Positions 50,238-59,689 are shown, counted from the stretch's first letter. The stretch: 64,000 nt of DNA from Deltaproteobacteria bacterium (GCA_021827495.1 JAKAVN010000003.1:766-64765); one strand, 5' to 3'. Notes: a model not told the origin generated them from the sequence alone. Program-made: numbers and translations.

Positions 50238-52022
50238 TTAGTCAAGTTCCAATCCAGCTCTCAAGGCCTCGCGTTGCACATCCAGCTCCGCGGGTACGGT
50301 CTCACCAATCTTTGTGAAGAACTCTTCCTGCAAGTCGAGTTCGACAGCCCATTCCTGGGGTTTCACAGCCATCGCCTCTTTTAGGGAATCGTTGGAAATG
50401 TCGATACCCGTGAGGTCGAGAGATCCTTCAGCCGGCATCACGCCCACAGCCGAGTCATGCGCTCCAGCACGACCGTTCACCCGGTCCACGATCCACTTGA
50501 GCACGCGGATGTTCTCGCCATAGCCAGGCCACAGAAACCGGCCCTCCCGATCTTTCCTAAACCAGTTGACCATGAAAACTTTTGGCGGATGTTTGAGTCT
50601 GCTCTGCATTCCCAGCCAATGAGCAAAATAATCGCCCATGTTGTAGCCACAGAATGGGAGCATCGCCATCGGATCGCGGCGTACGATACCCACCTTGCCC
50701 GTGGCGGCGGCCGTCGTCTCAGAGCCCATGGTCGCGCCCAGGTAGACCCCGTGGGCCCAATCGAAGGATTCAAGAACCAGCGGCGCCGTCGAGGCGCGCC
50801 GCCCGCCAAAAACTATTGCCGAGATTGGTACTCCTTGCGGCGAATCCACCCTCGGGGAAAGCGCGGGATTATTATGCATGGGAGTCGTGAAGCGGCTGTT
50901 GGGATGCGCGGCGGGCTGGTCCGAATCTTTGCGCCAGGGCCGCCCCTGCCAGTCGAAGATTCCCGCGGGCGCCTCGACGCCCATACCCTCCCACCAGACA
51001 TCCCGGTCAGGCGTCATGGCGACGTTGGTGAAGATGGTATCCCGCTCCACCATCTTCATGGCGTTGGGATTTGAATGCGCGCTGGTTCCCGGAGCGACGC
51101 CGAAATATCCGGCCTCCGGATTAACCGCCCACAGGCGGCCATCCGGTCCAACTCGCATCCAGGCAATGTCGTCGCCCACCGTGAACACCCGCCACCCGCG
51201 GAACGACGGGGGCGGGGTAAGCATCGAAAGATTAGTTTTGCCGCATGCGCTTGGAAATGCCGCCGCGATGTAGGATGTCTCTCCGCTGGGACTTTGCAGG
51301 CCCAGGATCAGCATGTGCTCCGCCAGCCAGCCTTCCTTCCTGCCCAGCCAGCTCGCAATGCGCAGCGCGAAACACTTCTTACTCAGCAGGGCGTTGCCGC
51401 CGTAACCGCTGCCGGCAGACCAGACGGCGTTGTCCTGCGGAAAATGGCAGATGAGGCGGCGTTGCGGGTCGCAGTCGAGGGTGGAATGGAGTCCGCGATT
51501 GAAGTCGTCGGACGATCCCAGCGCATCGAGGGCGACGGTGCCCATCCGGGTCATGATTCCCATGTTGAGCACGACATACACACTGTCCGTAAGCTCAATG
51601 CCGACTCGTGCAAAGGGGGAATCGATAGGGCCCAAAATATAGGGCACAACGTACATCGTGCGGCCGCGCATCGAGCCGTCGAACCAGCCCCGTAGTCTCT
51701 GGTAAGCCTCGTCGGGCGCCATCCAGTTGTTCGTCGGGCCTGCATCATCCCTGTTCGGCGTGCAGATGAAAGTAAGATCCTCGGAGCGCGCGACGTCGTT
51801 GGGATTAGACCGGTGCAGGTAGCAACCTGGCCGCGTGGCGGAATTCAGCGGAATCAGAACCCGCGCCGCGACCGCTTGTTTAAATAGACGCTGCCGTTCG
51901 GTTTCGCTCCCGTCGCACCACACCACCTGGTCCGGCTTTGTTAGATGGACCATCTGGGCCACCCACTCGGACAGAAAATGATTTGTGGCGGCGGTTTTTC
52001 TCAGCACGCGCATATCCGTCAT
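50238..52022 (-). CDS. pckG: phosphoenolpyruvate carboxykinase (GTP)
   Basis: GPTNNWM, YVVPYILGP, AAFPSACGKTNLSML kinase-1a loop and FMVNWFRKD. Confidence 0.95.
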   Translation of the reverse strand: MTDMRVLRKTAATNHFLSEWVAQMVHLTKPDQVVWCDGSETERQRLFKQAVAARVLIPLNSATRPGCYLHRSNPNDVARSEDLTFICTPNRDDAGPTNNWMAPDEAYQRLRGWFDGSMRGRTMYVVPYILGPIDSPFARVGIELTDSVYVVLNMGIMTRMGTVALDALGSSDDFNRGLHSTLDCDPQRRLICHFPQDNAVWSAGSGYGGNALLSKKCFALRIASWLGRKEGWLAEHMLILGLQSPSGETSYIAAAFPSACGKTNLSMLTPPPSFRGWRVFTVGDDIAWMRVGPDGRLWAVNPEAGYFGVAPGTSAHSNPNAMKMVERDTIFTNVAMTPDRDVWWEGMGVEAPAGIFDWQGRPWRKDSDQPAAHPNSRFTTPMHNNPALSPRVDSPQGVPISAIVFGGRRASTAPLVLESFDWAHGVYLGATMGSETTAAATGKVGIVRRDPMAMLPFCGYNMGDYFAHWLGMQSRLKHPPKVFMVNWFRKDREGRFLWPGYGENIRVLKWIVDRVNGRAGAHDSAVGVMPAEGSLDLTGIDISNDSLKEAMAVKPQEWAVELDLQEEFFTKIGETVPAELDVQREALRAGLELD

Positions 52023-52786
52023 CGCGAAAACCTCAGATCCTTCGCATTCGGGGCCTGTAGTTCTCGCTCAGCATCCGACAGCGCCTGAAAAATATCCAGG
52101 GCGGCTGAAGCCGACATCAGAGCCTGAATCGCATCAGGCTTTGCGCACATCTGTGAAAGCTTCGACAGCCAGGGCAGATGGAGCTCGTGAAACTTCAGGC
52201 CCAGGGCAAAAAACAGGTACGTTGGCCGCCCATCAAGGGCGTCGAAGTCCACGCCCTCATGCGAACGGCCAAGCACCATGAACGGACGCACTACCTGTCC
52301 CGGATGGCGCAGCAAGGTATGCATGAACGCTACGCCATTGCCCATAGCACTGGGCATGATGTTCTCACGTTCGATGAGCGCGCCGACAAACCAGGCCTTG
52401 TCGCGCACCAGGTCCAGGCGATTCGCTAAATCAGCAAGCTCCTCGATAACGCCAATTTTTGTGTCGGCTGAAAGCTCGGCGATTATGTGGCTCGGCTGAA
52501 AGCAGCTGGCGAGATCGAGCATCCTGCGGGGCATGGACGCCATTATCGAAACTTCCGAATGGCGCGGCGTGACGCCAAGCATCTGGTCGTCGAGCCAGGC
52601 GTCCAGCATGGCTTTGCGGAACCGCCATTGATTGCCGATCTTGACGCCCGGCAACGTCCCTTCCGAGACGAGCTTCAGGACGGTGCGCTCGTTCACGTTG
52701 AGGTAGCCCGCGACTTGGCGCGCAGTCATCAACCGGTCGCTGAATTCGACGGGATTTGGGCTTGATTCACGGACTGTGTTTGACAC
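52019..52786 (-). CDS. fusion regulator: excisionase/MerR-type HTH + PTS EIIA(Ntr/fructose-mannitol)-type domain
   Basis: LMTARQVAGYLNVNERTVLKLVSEGTLPGVKIGNQWRF (HTH_17-like). EIIA-2-like body with ERENIMPSAMGNGVAFMHT, comparable to the PtsN GxGxAxPH phospho-His region. ATGA overlap with pckG at 52019-52022. Confidence 0.8.
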   Translation of the reverse strand: MSNTVRESSPNPVEFSDRLMTARQVAGYLNVNERTVLKLVSEGTLPGVKIGNQWRFRKAMLDAWLDDQMLGVTPRHSEVSIMASMPRRMLDLASCFQPSHIIAELSADTKIGVIEELADLANRLDLVRDKAWFVGALIERENIMPSAMGNGVAFMHTLLRHPGQVVRPFMVLGRSHEGVDFDALDGRPTYLFFALGLKFHELHLPWLSKLSQMCAKPDAIQALMSASAALDIFQALSDAERELQAPNAKDLRFSR

Positions 52787-52839
52787 TTGCGCAAGATTAC
52801 GTGAAAATACCTCGGATTACAACAGATGACCTTGTTATT

Positions 52840-53244
52840 ATGAAAAAGAAGGATAACTGCGGTGATGGCGGCATTGGCGGCTCCGCGCAGGATTGCCAGG
52901 ATTCGCTTGCAATCCGAAGGCTTCGTGTGATTTTCACGCCGGGCGAGAAAAAGCTTCTTGCTGGCGGAGTCTTCAGCGACGTGGACCTCGACAATGTGGA
53001 TTTCTCAGGCGCGGACCTGCGCGAGACCTGCTTTATCGGTGTCTCATTGGAGGGATCTGATTTTTCCGAAGCGAATCTGAGCGGGGCCAGATTCCTCGAA
53101 TGCGATCTCCGCGGCGCATCCTTCGAGCGGGCGATCTTTCATCGCACAAGCTTTCATAAGAGCTGGCTAATCGGGGTAACCGGGCTCTCGCAGCAACTGC
53201 GCGATTATGTCAGCGCGAAGGGCGGCTTGCTCTGGTCTTGCTGA
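52840..53244 (+). CDS. pentapeptide-repeat protein
   Basis: Track ORF trimmed to ATG 52840. Consecutive A(D/N)LXX-type pentads ([52 protein letters not shown]). Confidence 0.8.
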   Translation: MKKKDNCGDGGIGGSAQDCQDSLAIRRLRVIFTPGEKKLLAGGVFSDVDLDNVDFSGADLRETCFIGVSLEGSDFSEANLSGARFLECDLRGASFERAIFHRTSFHKSWLIGVTGLSQQLRDYVSAKGGLLWSC

Positions 53245-53412
53245 GCTTTGCGGGCCTGCGGATTTGCCCTCCAGCGCCGTGGTCTCAAGCCGATCCCTGC
53301 GCCGCCCGGCCAGCACGACCGAGTAGCCTTCGTGCAACAGGGCCAGCGCCGCCTGCTTGCCTATTCCGCTGCCCGCTCCGGTGACGATGGCGATCTTGCC
53401 CGCTGCCTCCAT
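53167..53412 (-). pseudogene. N-terminal remnant of a short-chain dehydrogenase/reductase
   Basis: GAGGAGGG RBS plus ATG 53410-53412, then [38 protein letters not shown] (the TGxxxGxG NAD(P) motif). SDR similarity is lost after about 45 aa and the frame ends at 53167, overlapping the pentapeptide gene. Confidence 0.5.
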
Positions 53413-53473
53413 GTATCGATCCCTCCTCGCAAAAACCGCTCTTCGCTGGCCGGGCGAATCCGCGCACCGGCCG

Positions 53474-54490
53474 CTACCCTGAACGCCGAGTGAGCTTGAA
53501 GGCTTCGGCGAGGAGCTGGTAAGAGCGCATGCGTGCACGATGGTCGTGCACGATCGTCACCACCATCTGATCCTCGACGTGGAGCGCGCTCGCCATATCG
53601 ATTAGCTGGCCGCGAACCTTGTCGGGCGTACCAGCAAAGTAGCGCGGCCAATCGCCGAGCTCAGTGGGCGGCGCTTCCGCTGACGGACCCAGCTCCGCGA
53701 TCGCCTCCTCGGGCGGCGGAATCGGACGCACGTCGCCTTGCCTGATGCGGCGGCGGAACAGGCGGGCGCTGGTGAGCAGGCGCCCGGCCTCGGCCTCGGT
53801 ATCGGCGCAAATCACGCCCAGCGCGATGATCGCCTGCGGCGCGGACAATTCCCTGGAGGGCGTGAAGTGCGAGAAATAATGCTCCAGCGCGGCGCGGGTC
53901 GGATGGGGATCGATGAAGTGCGCAAAGGCGTAGCGCAATCCGAGCTGGGCCGCCGCCGAAGCGCTCCACAGGCTGGAGCCGAGCAGCCACACCTCGGGAC
54001 AGCCAGGCATGTCGGGCGAGACGGTCAGGCGGCTGAACGGATGCTTGGCGGGGAAGCCGCGGTTGAGGAAAGCCAGCAGCTCCACCATCTGTTGGGGGAA
54101 ATCATCGGCCGGCGGCTGCTGGCGATTACGTTGCAGTGCGAAGGAATCCAGCGGGGTGCCGCCGGGCGCGCGGCCGACGCCGAGATCGATGCGGCCCGGG
54201 TACAAGGCGTGAAGCACGCGGAAGGTTTCAGCGACTTTCAGCGGGCTGTAGTGCGGCAGCATCACGCCGCCCGAACCGACCCGGATGGCGGAGGTTTCGG
54301 CGGCGACCCGAGTTATGAGAATCTCGGGCGCGGGGCTGGCCAGCGCCGTTATTGCGTGGTGCTCGGCGATCCAATAACGCTCGTAGCCGAGCCGGTCGGC
54401 CAGGCGGGCCAGCTCGATCGTGTTGCGCAGGGCGTCGGCCGGGGTGAAGCCGGCGGACACTGGTGCTTGGTCGATGACCGAAAGCTTCAA
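53474..54490 (-). CDS. LLM class flavin-dependent oxidoreductase (YhbW/MsnO8-like)
   Basis: [38 protein letters not shown] and [12 protein letters not shown]. Confidence 0.9.
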   Translation of the reverse strand: MKLSVIDQAPVSAGFTPADALRNTIELARLADRLGYERYWIAEHHAITALASPAPEILITRVAAETSAIRVGSGGVMLPHYSPLKVAETFRVLHALYPGRIDLGVGRAPGGTPLDSFALQRNRQQPPADDFPQQMVELLAFLNRGFPAKHPFSRLTVSPDMPGCPEVWLLGSSLWSASAAAQLGLRYAFAHFIDPHPTRAALEHYFSHFTPSRELSAPQAIIALGVICADTEAEAGRLLTSARLFRRRIRQGDVRPIPPPEEAIAELGPSAEAPPTELGDWPRYFAGTPDKVRGQLIDMASALHVEDQMVVTIVHDHRARMRSYQLLAEAFKLTRRSG

Positions 54491-54591
54491 GGCGGGGTTT
54501 CCTTTATGCCGCGAGGGCCATTAGGCTACGTTATCCCGGGGTTTCGCACAGGTTCAATTGCCATTCAGCGCCGCATGCACGGAGAACAAAC

Positions 54592-55698
54592 GTGAACTTC
54601 GGACTGCTCGAGTCGTTTCGCAATTCCGACCGCAACGAACTCGCTTTCCCGGAACTCTACCGCCGCCACGTCGACCTCGCGGTCGAGGCCGAGGAGATGG
54701 GCTACGACACCATCTGGCTGACCGAGCATCACTTCGTCGGGGACGGTTACTCGCCGGTGATGCTGCCGCTGGCGGCGGCGATCGCGGCGCGGACCAAAAA
54801 AATCCGCATCGGAACGTTCGTCCTGCTGATGCCGCTGCATCATCCGCTCCACGTCGCCGAGTCGGCCGCGACCGTCGACGTGCTCTCAGGCGGACGCTTG
54901 GACCTCGGCCTGGGCCAGGGATACCGGCCCCAGGAGTTCGACGGCTTCAACATCGCGCGCACCGAGCGCGCCTCGCGCCTGCGTGAGGGCGTCGAGATAA
55001 TCCGCCGCGTCTTCACCGAGAACGACGTCACCCACGAGGGCCAGCACTTCACGGTGCGCAACGTGACGCTTTACCCCAAGCCTGTCCAGCAGCCGCATAT
55101 CCCGATCTGGATCGGCGCGCGCAGCCGCAAGGCGACCGAGCGCGCGGCGCGCAACGGCTACCATCTGGCCGGCACCGGGCCGCGCCAGGCCGAGCTTTAC
55201 AAGGAGGCGCTTAAGGCGGCCGGGCGCAACCCGGCCGACTTTCATATTGCGCAGTTGCGCTTCGGCTACGTCGCCGCGCGCCGCGAGCGCGCGTGGGACG
55301 ACGCCGAGTACGCGATTCATTACCTGATGGCCAGGTACGGGCAGTGGATCGCAGAGGCCGCGGATGCTCCGGGCGACCAGCGGTTCGCCAAGGCGCCTTC
55401 GATCGGCGCGCTGCGCAAGCTCAACGACACGCGCTTTTTGGGCGAGCCGCTTATCATCGGTTCGCCCGACGACGCTATCGAGATGCTAGAGCGCTACACC
55501 GATTACACGCACCTGGCGTTGGGGATGTCGCTGCCCGGGCTCGATCCGAAGAAGGTGCGCGCCAGCATGCGGCTGTTTGCCAGGGAGGTGATCCCGCACT
55601 TCCGGCGCAAGTCGCGCGCCGCCGCCGCCAAGCCCAGGGCTGCGCGCGCCGGCCGCGCGCTAGCGGCTGCTATCGCACGGCCGCGCGCCAGGGGATGA
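54592..55698 (+). CDS. LLM class flavin/F420-dependent oxidoreductase
   Basis: GTG start. YDTIWLTEHHF, GRLDLGLGQGY and IPIWIGA. Confidence 0.85.
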   Translation: MNFGLLESFRNSDRNELAFPELYRRHVDLAVEAEEMGYDTIWLTEHHFVGDGYSPVMLPLAAAIAARTKKIRIGTFVLLMPLHHPLHVAESAATVDVLSGGRLDLGLGQGYRPQEFDGFNIARTERASRLREGVEIIRRVFTENDVTHEGQHFTVRNVTLYPKPVQQPHIPIWIGARSRKATERAARNGYHLAGTGPRQAELYKEALKAAGRNPADFHIAQLRFGYVAARRERAWDDAEYAIHYLMARYGQWIAEAADAPGDQRFAKAPSIGALRKLNDTRFLGEPLIIGSPDDAIEMLERYTDYTHLALGMSLPGLDPKKVRASMRLFAREVIPHFRRKSRAAAAKPRAARAGRALAAAIARPRARG

Positions 55699-55835
55699 AT
55701 CGATGTCCAAGATCAGGATTTCGCACGCGTGCCACGGATGTTCCGCGCCAGAACGGCGAGGAGCGTGTGATCCGCATGGCCGCCCGGAGCAAACAATGAT
55801 CGAACTGATCCAGACATGAGGCGCTGGCCCGAACG

Positions 55836-57434
55836 ATGGTCGCACCTACACTGAGCGCCGCACCAGGGCTCGTCGAGGAGCGCGCCCAGCACAAGTGGCT
55901 GGTGGCGGCCGCGGTGATGCTGGGGACCTTTCTCACGGTGCTCGACACCTCGATCGTCAACGTCGCGCTGCCCTACATGCAAGGCTCGTTTGCCGCCAGC
56001 GTCGATGAGATAACCTGGGTCGTGACCAGCTACCTGGTCGCCAGCGGCGTGATGATCCCGATGACCGGATGGATCGCCGCGAGCCTGGGCCGCAAGCGCT
56101 ACTTCATCGTTTCCGTAGTGGTGTTCATGGCCGCCTCGGGGCTGTGCGGCATGGCGCAGACCCTCGACCAGATGGTGGTGTTTCGCCTGATGCAGGGCGT
56201 GGCGGGCGCGGCGATGATGCCGCTGTCGCAGGCGATTCTGCTCGAGACCTTTCCGCCCGCCGAGCACACCCTGGCGATGTCGACCTGGGGAATGGGAATC
56301 CTGGTTGGGCCGATCCTGGGACCGACGCTGGGCGGATGGATCACCACGCACTGGAGCTGGCGCTGGAATTTCTACATCAACCTGCCCGCGGGAGTAGTGA
56401 CCGCGCTAATGGTCTACAGTTTCGTGCACGACCCGGCGCATCTGCGCGAGCGCCGCAGCGGCCGCGTCGACTACCTGGGGATATTCCTGCTGGTCGCGGC
56501 GCTCGGGCTGCTGCAGATCGTGCTCGACCGCGGCCAGCGCTCCGACTGGTTCGCGGCGCCGTGGGTGCGCTACTTCGTAACTTGCTCGGGGCTCTCGATG
56601 GTGCTGCTCACGATCCACGAGCTGCGCTTTCCCGATCCGATTCTCGATCTCCGGATGTTCAAGCACTTCTCCTTTTCGCTCGGCGTGATCCTGACCGCGG
56701 CGCAGGTGTTCGTGATCTTCGGCGTCAACCTGCTCAATCCGCTCTTCACCCAGGAGCTGATGGGCTACGACGCTTGGATCTCGGGCCTGGCGGTCGCACC
56801 GCGCGGCGTGGGCGCGGTGATTTCCCTGTTCAGCATCGGCCAGATCTCGCGCCGCGGGGTCGATACGCGGCCGTTCATGGTGGGCGGTTTCTTGCTGGCG
56901 GGATGGGCCGCCTTCAGGATGGCCGACTGGAACCTCTCGGTCAGCATGATGAACCTGGTGCCGCCGATCTTCATTTTCGGGCTCGGCCTGGGCGCGGTCT
57001 TTTCGGCGCTGACCTCCGCCTCGCTCACCGGGATTCCGCCGGCCCGGATGGGTTACGCCTCGAGCCTGTTCAATATGGTTATCACCACCGGCGCCGCAGT
57101 AGGGGTCTCAACCGTCAGCAATATGCTGACCGCGCACGAACAGATGCATCAGACCTACCTGGTGCAGCACTTCTCGGTCTTCGATGCCTGGCGCATGAGC
57201 CGCGACCATCTGCCGATGCCGGGCGCGCCGCATTTCAACTATCTCGGGCAGGTGATCAGCGGGCAGCATCAGCAGCTCGGCGTGCTTTATGGCGTGATCC
57301 AGTCGCAGGCCTGGCTGCTGGCCTACAATGACGTCTATCGCCTGATGGCAATGGTCCTGGTGTTCATAGCTCCTTGGTGCTTGCTGCTGCCGCGTAGCGG
57401 ACGCGGCGGCGGCGCTTCCGCGGCGAGCCACTGA
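55836..57434 (+). CDS. MFS transporter, DHA2 (EmrB/QacA, 14-TMS) family
   Basis: LDTSIVNVALPYMQ, GWIAASLGRKR and RLMQGVAGAAMMP motifs; about 14 hydrophobic segments. Confidence 0.9.
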   Translation: MVAPTLSAAPGLVEERAQHKWLVAAAVMLGTFLTVLDTSIVNVALPYMQGSFAASVDEITWVVTSYLVASGVMIPMTGWIAASLGRKRYFIVSVVVFMAASGLCGMAQTLDQMVVFRLMQGVAGAAMMPLSQAILLETFPPAEHTLAMSTWGMGILVGPILGPTLGGWITTHWSWRWNFYINLPAGVVTALMVYSFVHDPAHLRERRSGRVDYLGIFLLVAALGLLQIVLDRGQRSDWFAAPWVRYFVTCSGLSMVLLTIHELRFPDPILDLRMFKHFSFSLGVILTAAQVFVIFGVNLLNPLFTQELMGYDAWISGLAVAPRGVGAVISLFSIGQISRRGVDTRPFMVGGFLLAGWAAFRMADWNLSVSMMNLVPPIFIFGLGLGAVFSALTSASLTGIPPARMGYASSLFNMVITTGAAVGVSTVSNMLTAHEQMHQTYLVQHFSVFDAWRMSRDHLPMPGAPHFNYLGQVISGQHQQLGVLYGVIQSQAWLLAYNDVYRLMAMVLVFIAPWCLLLPRSGRGGGASAASH

Positions 57435-57481
57435 CTCTGCAGGTGCCGCATCCGTGGCGGCTTGCTTTTGCGCAGCCGGCG

Positions 57482-57958
57482 ATGAATCTCTTAAAATGGG
57501 TTGGGATGCGAAGGATCGGGCCAAAAACAATCGTCGCCGCGGCGCTGGCTGCGGCCATCGCGATCGTTGCCGTGCTGCCGGCCCTGCGGCCCCGCTGCAT
57601 CGAGCTTCGGGGCGCCGAGCGGCTGACGGTCTCGATGGCGCGGCTTAGGAGCGGCGAGGCGCGATTGTTCTGCTACCGCGGCCGCGCGGGCGAGCGGCTG
57701 CGCTTTCTGCTCGCGCGCGGCAGCGACGGCAAGGTCCGTGCGGTCTTCGACGCCTGCCGCCAGTGTTACAAATTCCACCAGGGCTACGACACCGCGCACG
57801 GCATGTTGATCTGCCGGCTCTGCGGCAACCGCTATCCGATCGATCACATGATGAAGGGCGCAGCCTCGTGCGTGCCGGTCAGCCTGCCCCACCATGAGGA
57901 CGCCTCTCGCGTTCAGGTCAACGTCTCCGACCTCAAAGCGGGAGCGTCGCTGTTTTGA
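57482..57958 (+). CDS. membrane-anchored Cys-rich protein, DUF2318-like zinc-ribbon
   Basis: N-terminal TM helix, then CRQCYKF ... CRLCGNRYP (two CxxC pairs). Start chosen at ATG 57482; 57443 and 57506 are also possible. Confidence 0.55.
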   Translation: MNLLKWVGMRRIGPKTIVAAALAAAIAIVAVLPALRPRCIELRGAERLTVSMARLRSGEARLFCYRGRAGERLRFLLARGSDGKVRAVFDACRQCYKFHQGYDTAHGMLICRLCGNRYPIDHMMKGAASCVPVSLPHHEDASRVQVNVSDLKAGASLF

Positions 57959-58269
57959 GGCCGCTTGCGAGATTGCGGCGTCGCGGCCGCGCCGCCGCCG
58001 CGATTGTGGCGCTAGCCGTGTTGCTGGGCGGGATGCCGCTTACGCTCGGGATAGTGGTGCACAACCCCGAAGCGATGTTCACCCTCGACATCTGCCATCC
58101 GCTGCCAAGTTTCAGCCATTCACCGGTGCCGGTGGTGGCGATCATGCCCGGCGCTCCAGCCGTGGCGCAGTTCCTCCCCGAGCGCCGGTGCTTTACCACG
58201 TCCTCGCAACCCCCGTGTCCGCGCGCGGCCGACGCTCCCGACCCGCCGCCTCCCAAAGCGCGCGCCTAG
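57955..58269 (+). CDS. hypothetical small membrane-anchored protein (104 aa, Arg-rich N-terminus, DICHPLPSFSH)
   Basis: TTG start overlapping the preceding stop (57955-57958). G/C-rich third codon positions. No family recognised. Confidence 0.4.
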   Translation: MRPLARLRRRGRAAAAIVALAVLLGGMPLTLGIVVHNPEAMFTLDICHPLPSFSHSPVPVVAIMPGAPAVAQFLPERRCFTTSSQPPCPRAADAPDPPPPKARA

Positions 58270-58390
58270 GCGCGCAAGTCAGCAAATCAGGAATTGACCT
58301 CCGCGGGATTTGGCGCCCGCGGCGCCGCCGCGATGCGCGCGTGCCACCGGCGCCTCGGAGGCGGCCCTGCGCACGGCTTCGGAGACGATT

Positions 58391-59293
58391 ATGAGACGCG
58401 TTTGTGCTCTCACGCTGATATTGGCTATTGCGATGCCCGCCGCGGCTTTCGCACACGGAGTAGTTGGGGATTATGTCTTTCTGGAGCCGTTGATCGCCGA
58501 AGACCCAACGCCCGCCAACGAGTTGGATATCGCCCAGCCAGCATGGAACAAGACCGGCGCCGGCCAGAATTTCTCGCTCGGATACACATTGGAGAAGGTG
58601 CTTTACCAGGACGAGAACCACACGCCGAGGTTCAGCGCCGGGGTGTTCAGCGCGTGGCATTACCAATGGCCGAAGAATGCGCCTGACCAACGCGGCTTCG
58701 ACGACCTCAACCTGTTTGCCAAATGGGCGTTCTTCGTTTCGCCCAAGCATGAGTTTCTGCTCTCGGCCGGCCCGCTCCTGCAGATCCCCACAGGCAATCC
58801 GGGCGTGGAGCAGCAGAGCCATACGAGCTTGGGGCCGCTGTTGCTGTGGGAGAAAGGGATGGGCGATCTTCCCAATTGGCCGGTCCTCAAATATCTGCGG
58901 CCTTTCGGGCTGCAGGGGGACTTCAGCTATCTGCCCGCGCTGGGCGGCCACACCAGCCACCTCATGTTCGCCGATCAGGTGGTCGAATACTCGCTCCCGT
59001 ACCTGAGCAACTCTGTGCGGGACATCGGCTTGAAGCCGCCGTTTCGGAACCTCTTCCTTTTCACCGAATTCAACTACTCACAGCTCGTTGCGGGGCCGGC
59101 GCAAGAGACCTTTCCGAGCATCGTGGCGACGCCGGGGATTGCTTACGTGGGCTACCATTTTGAACTAAGTTTCGGTACGCAACTGGCGCTCAACAAGGCG
59201 GCCGTACCGGCCACCCACGCCGTGGCAATCGGGCTGCTCGATATATTTTACGATTCGATATTCCCGCAGGCCGGCAACTGGACGATCAATTAG
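58391..59293 (+). CDS. putative outer-membrane beta-barrel protein (MetA-pathway 'transporter' family-like)
   Basis: Track ORF trimmed to ATG 58391. Signal peptide ending AFA-HG, alternating amphipathic strands, C-terminal aromatic-rich end. Family assignment is tentative. Confidence 0.6.
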   Translation: MRRVCALTLILAIAMPAAAFAHGVVGDYVFLEPLIAEDPTPANELDIAQPAWNKTGAGQNFSLGYTLEKVLYQDENHTPRFSAGVFSAWHYQWPKNAPDQRGFDDLNLFAKWAFFVSPKHEFLLSAGPLLQIPTGNPGVEQQSHTSLGPLLLWEKGMGDLPNWPVLKYLRPFGLQGDFSYLPALGGHTSHLMFADQVVEYSLPYLSNSVRDIGLKPPFRNLFLFTEFNYSQLVAGPAQETFPSIVATPGIAYVGYHFELSFGTQLALNKAAVPATHAVAIGLLDIFYDSIFPQAGNWTIN

Positions 59294-59305
59294 AGGATTC
59301 TCCGA

Positions 59306-59689
59306 ATGAAGCCATTGAATCTGTTGATATTCGGCGCTCCGTTACTATTGGCCGCGAGTATAACCAGCGTGCCGGCCGCTTCGGCGCACGCATTTCCCGA
59401 ACAGGAGACCCCATCGGCCGGGCAGCGGCTGGCCGCGCCTCCATCCGAGGTCACGATCAAATTCGATGCTCCGATCGAGCAGCTGTTTGCCAAACTGGAG
59501 GTGCTGGACGCCAACGGCAAGCCTGAAACGATAGGTCCACCCGAGGTCGGTTCCGGCGCGCTGACTCTGTCGGTCAAGCTCGCGGCGCTCAAACCCGGTG
59601 ACTACACGGTCAAGTGGGGCGTCGTCTGCATCGACTCGCATCATACCGAAGGTTCCTACCTCTTCACGGTCGGCGGAGGCGGCGGATGA
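59306..59689 (+). CDS. copC: CopC domain copper-binding periplasmic protein
   Basis: Signal peptide cleavage ASA|HAFPEQ leaves an N-terminal His. VTIKFDAPIE, GDYTVKWGVVCIDSHHTEG and FTV follow the CopC pattern. Confidence 0.85.
   Translation: MKPLNLLIFGAPLLLAASITSVPAASAHAFPEQETPSAGQRLAAPPSEVTIKFDAPIEQLFAKLEVLDANGKPETIGPPEVGSGALTLSVKLAALKPGDYTVKWGVVCIDSHHTEGSYLFTVGGGGG

Noticed and set aside
53167-53538. 123-aa ORF taken as an intact small SDR-like protein.
   Set aside because: Only the first about 45 residues after the internal ATG (53412) resemble SDRs. The upstream part overlaps the LLM gene's 3' end and the downstream part overlaps the pentapeptide gene. It is treated as a remnant.
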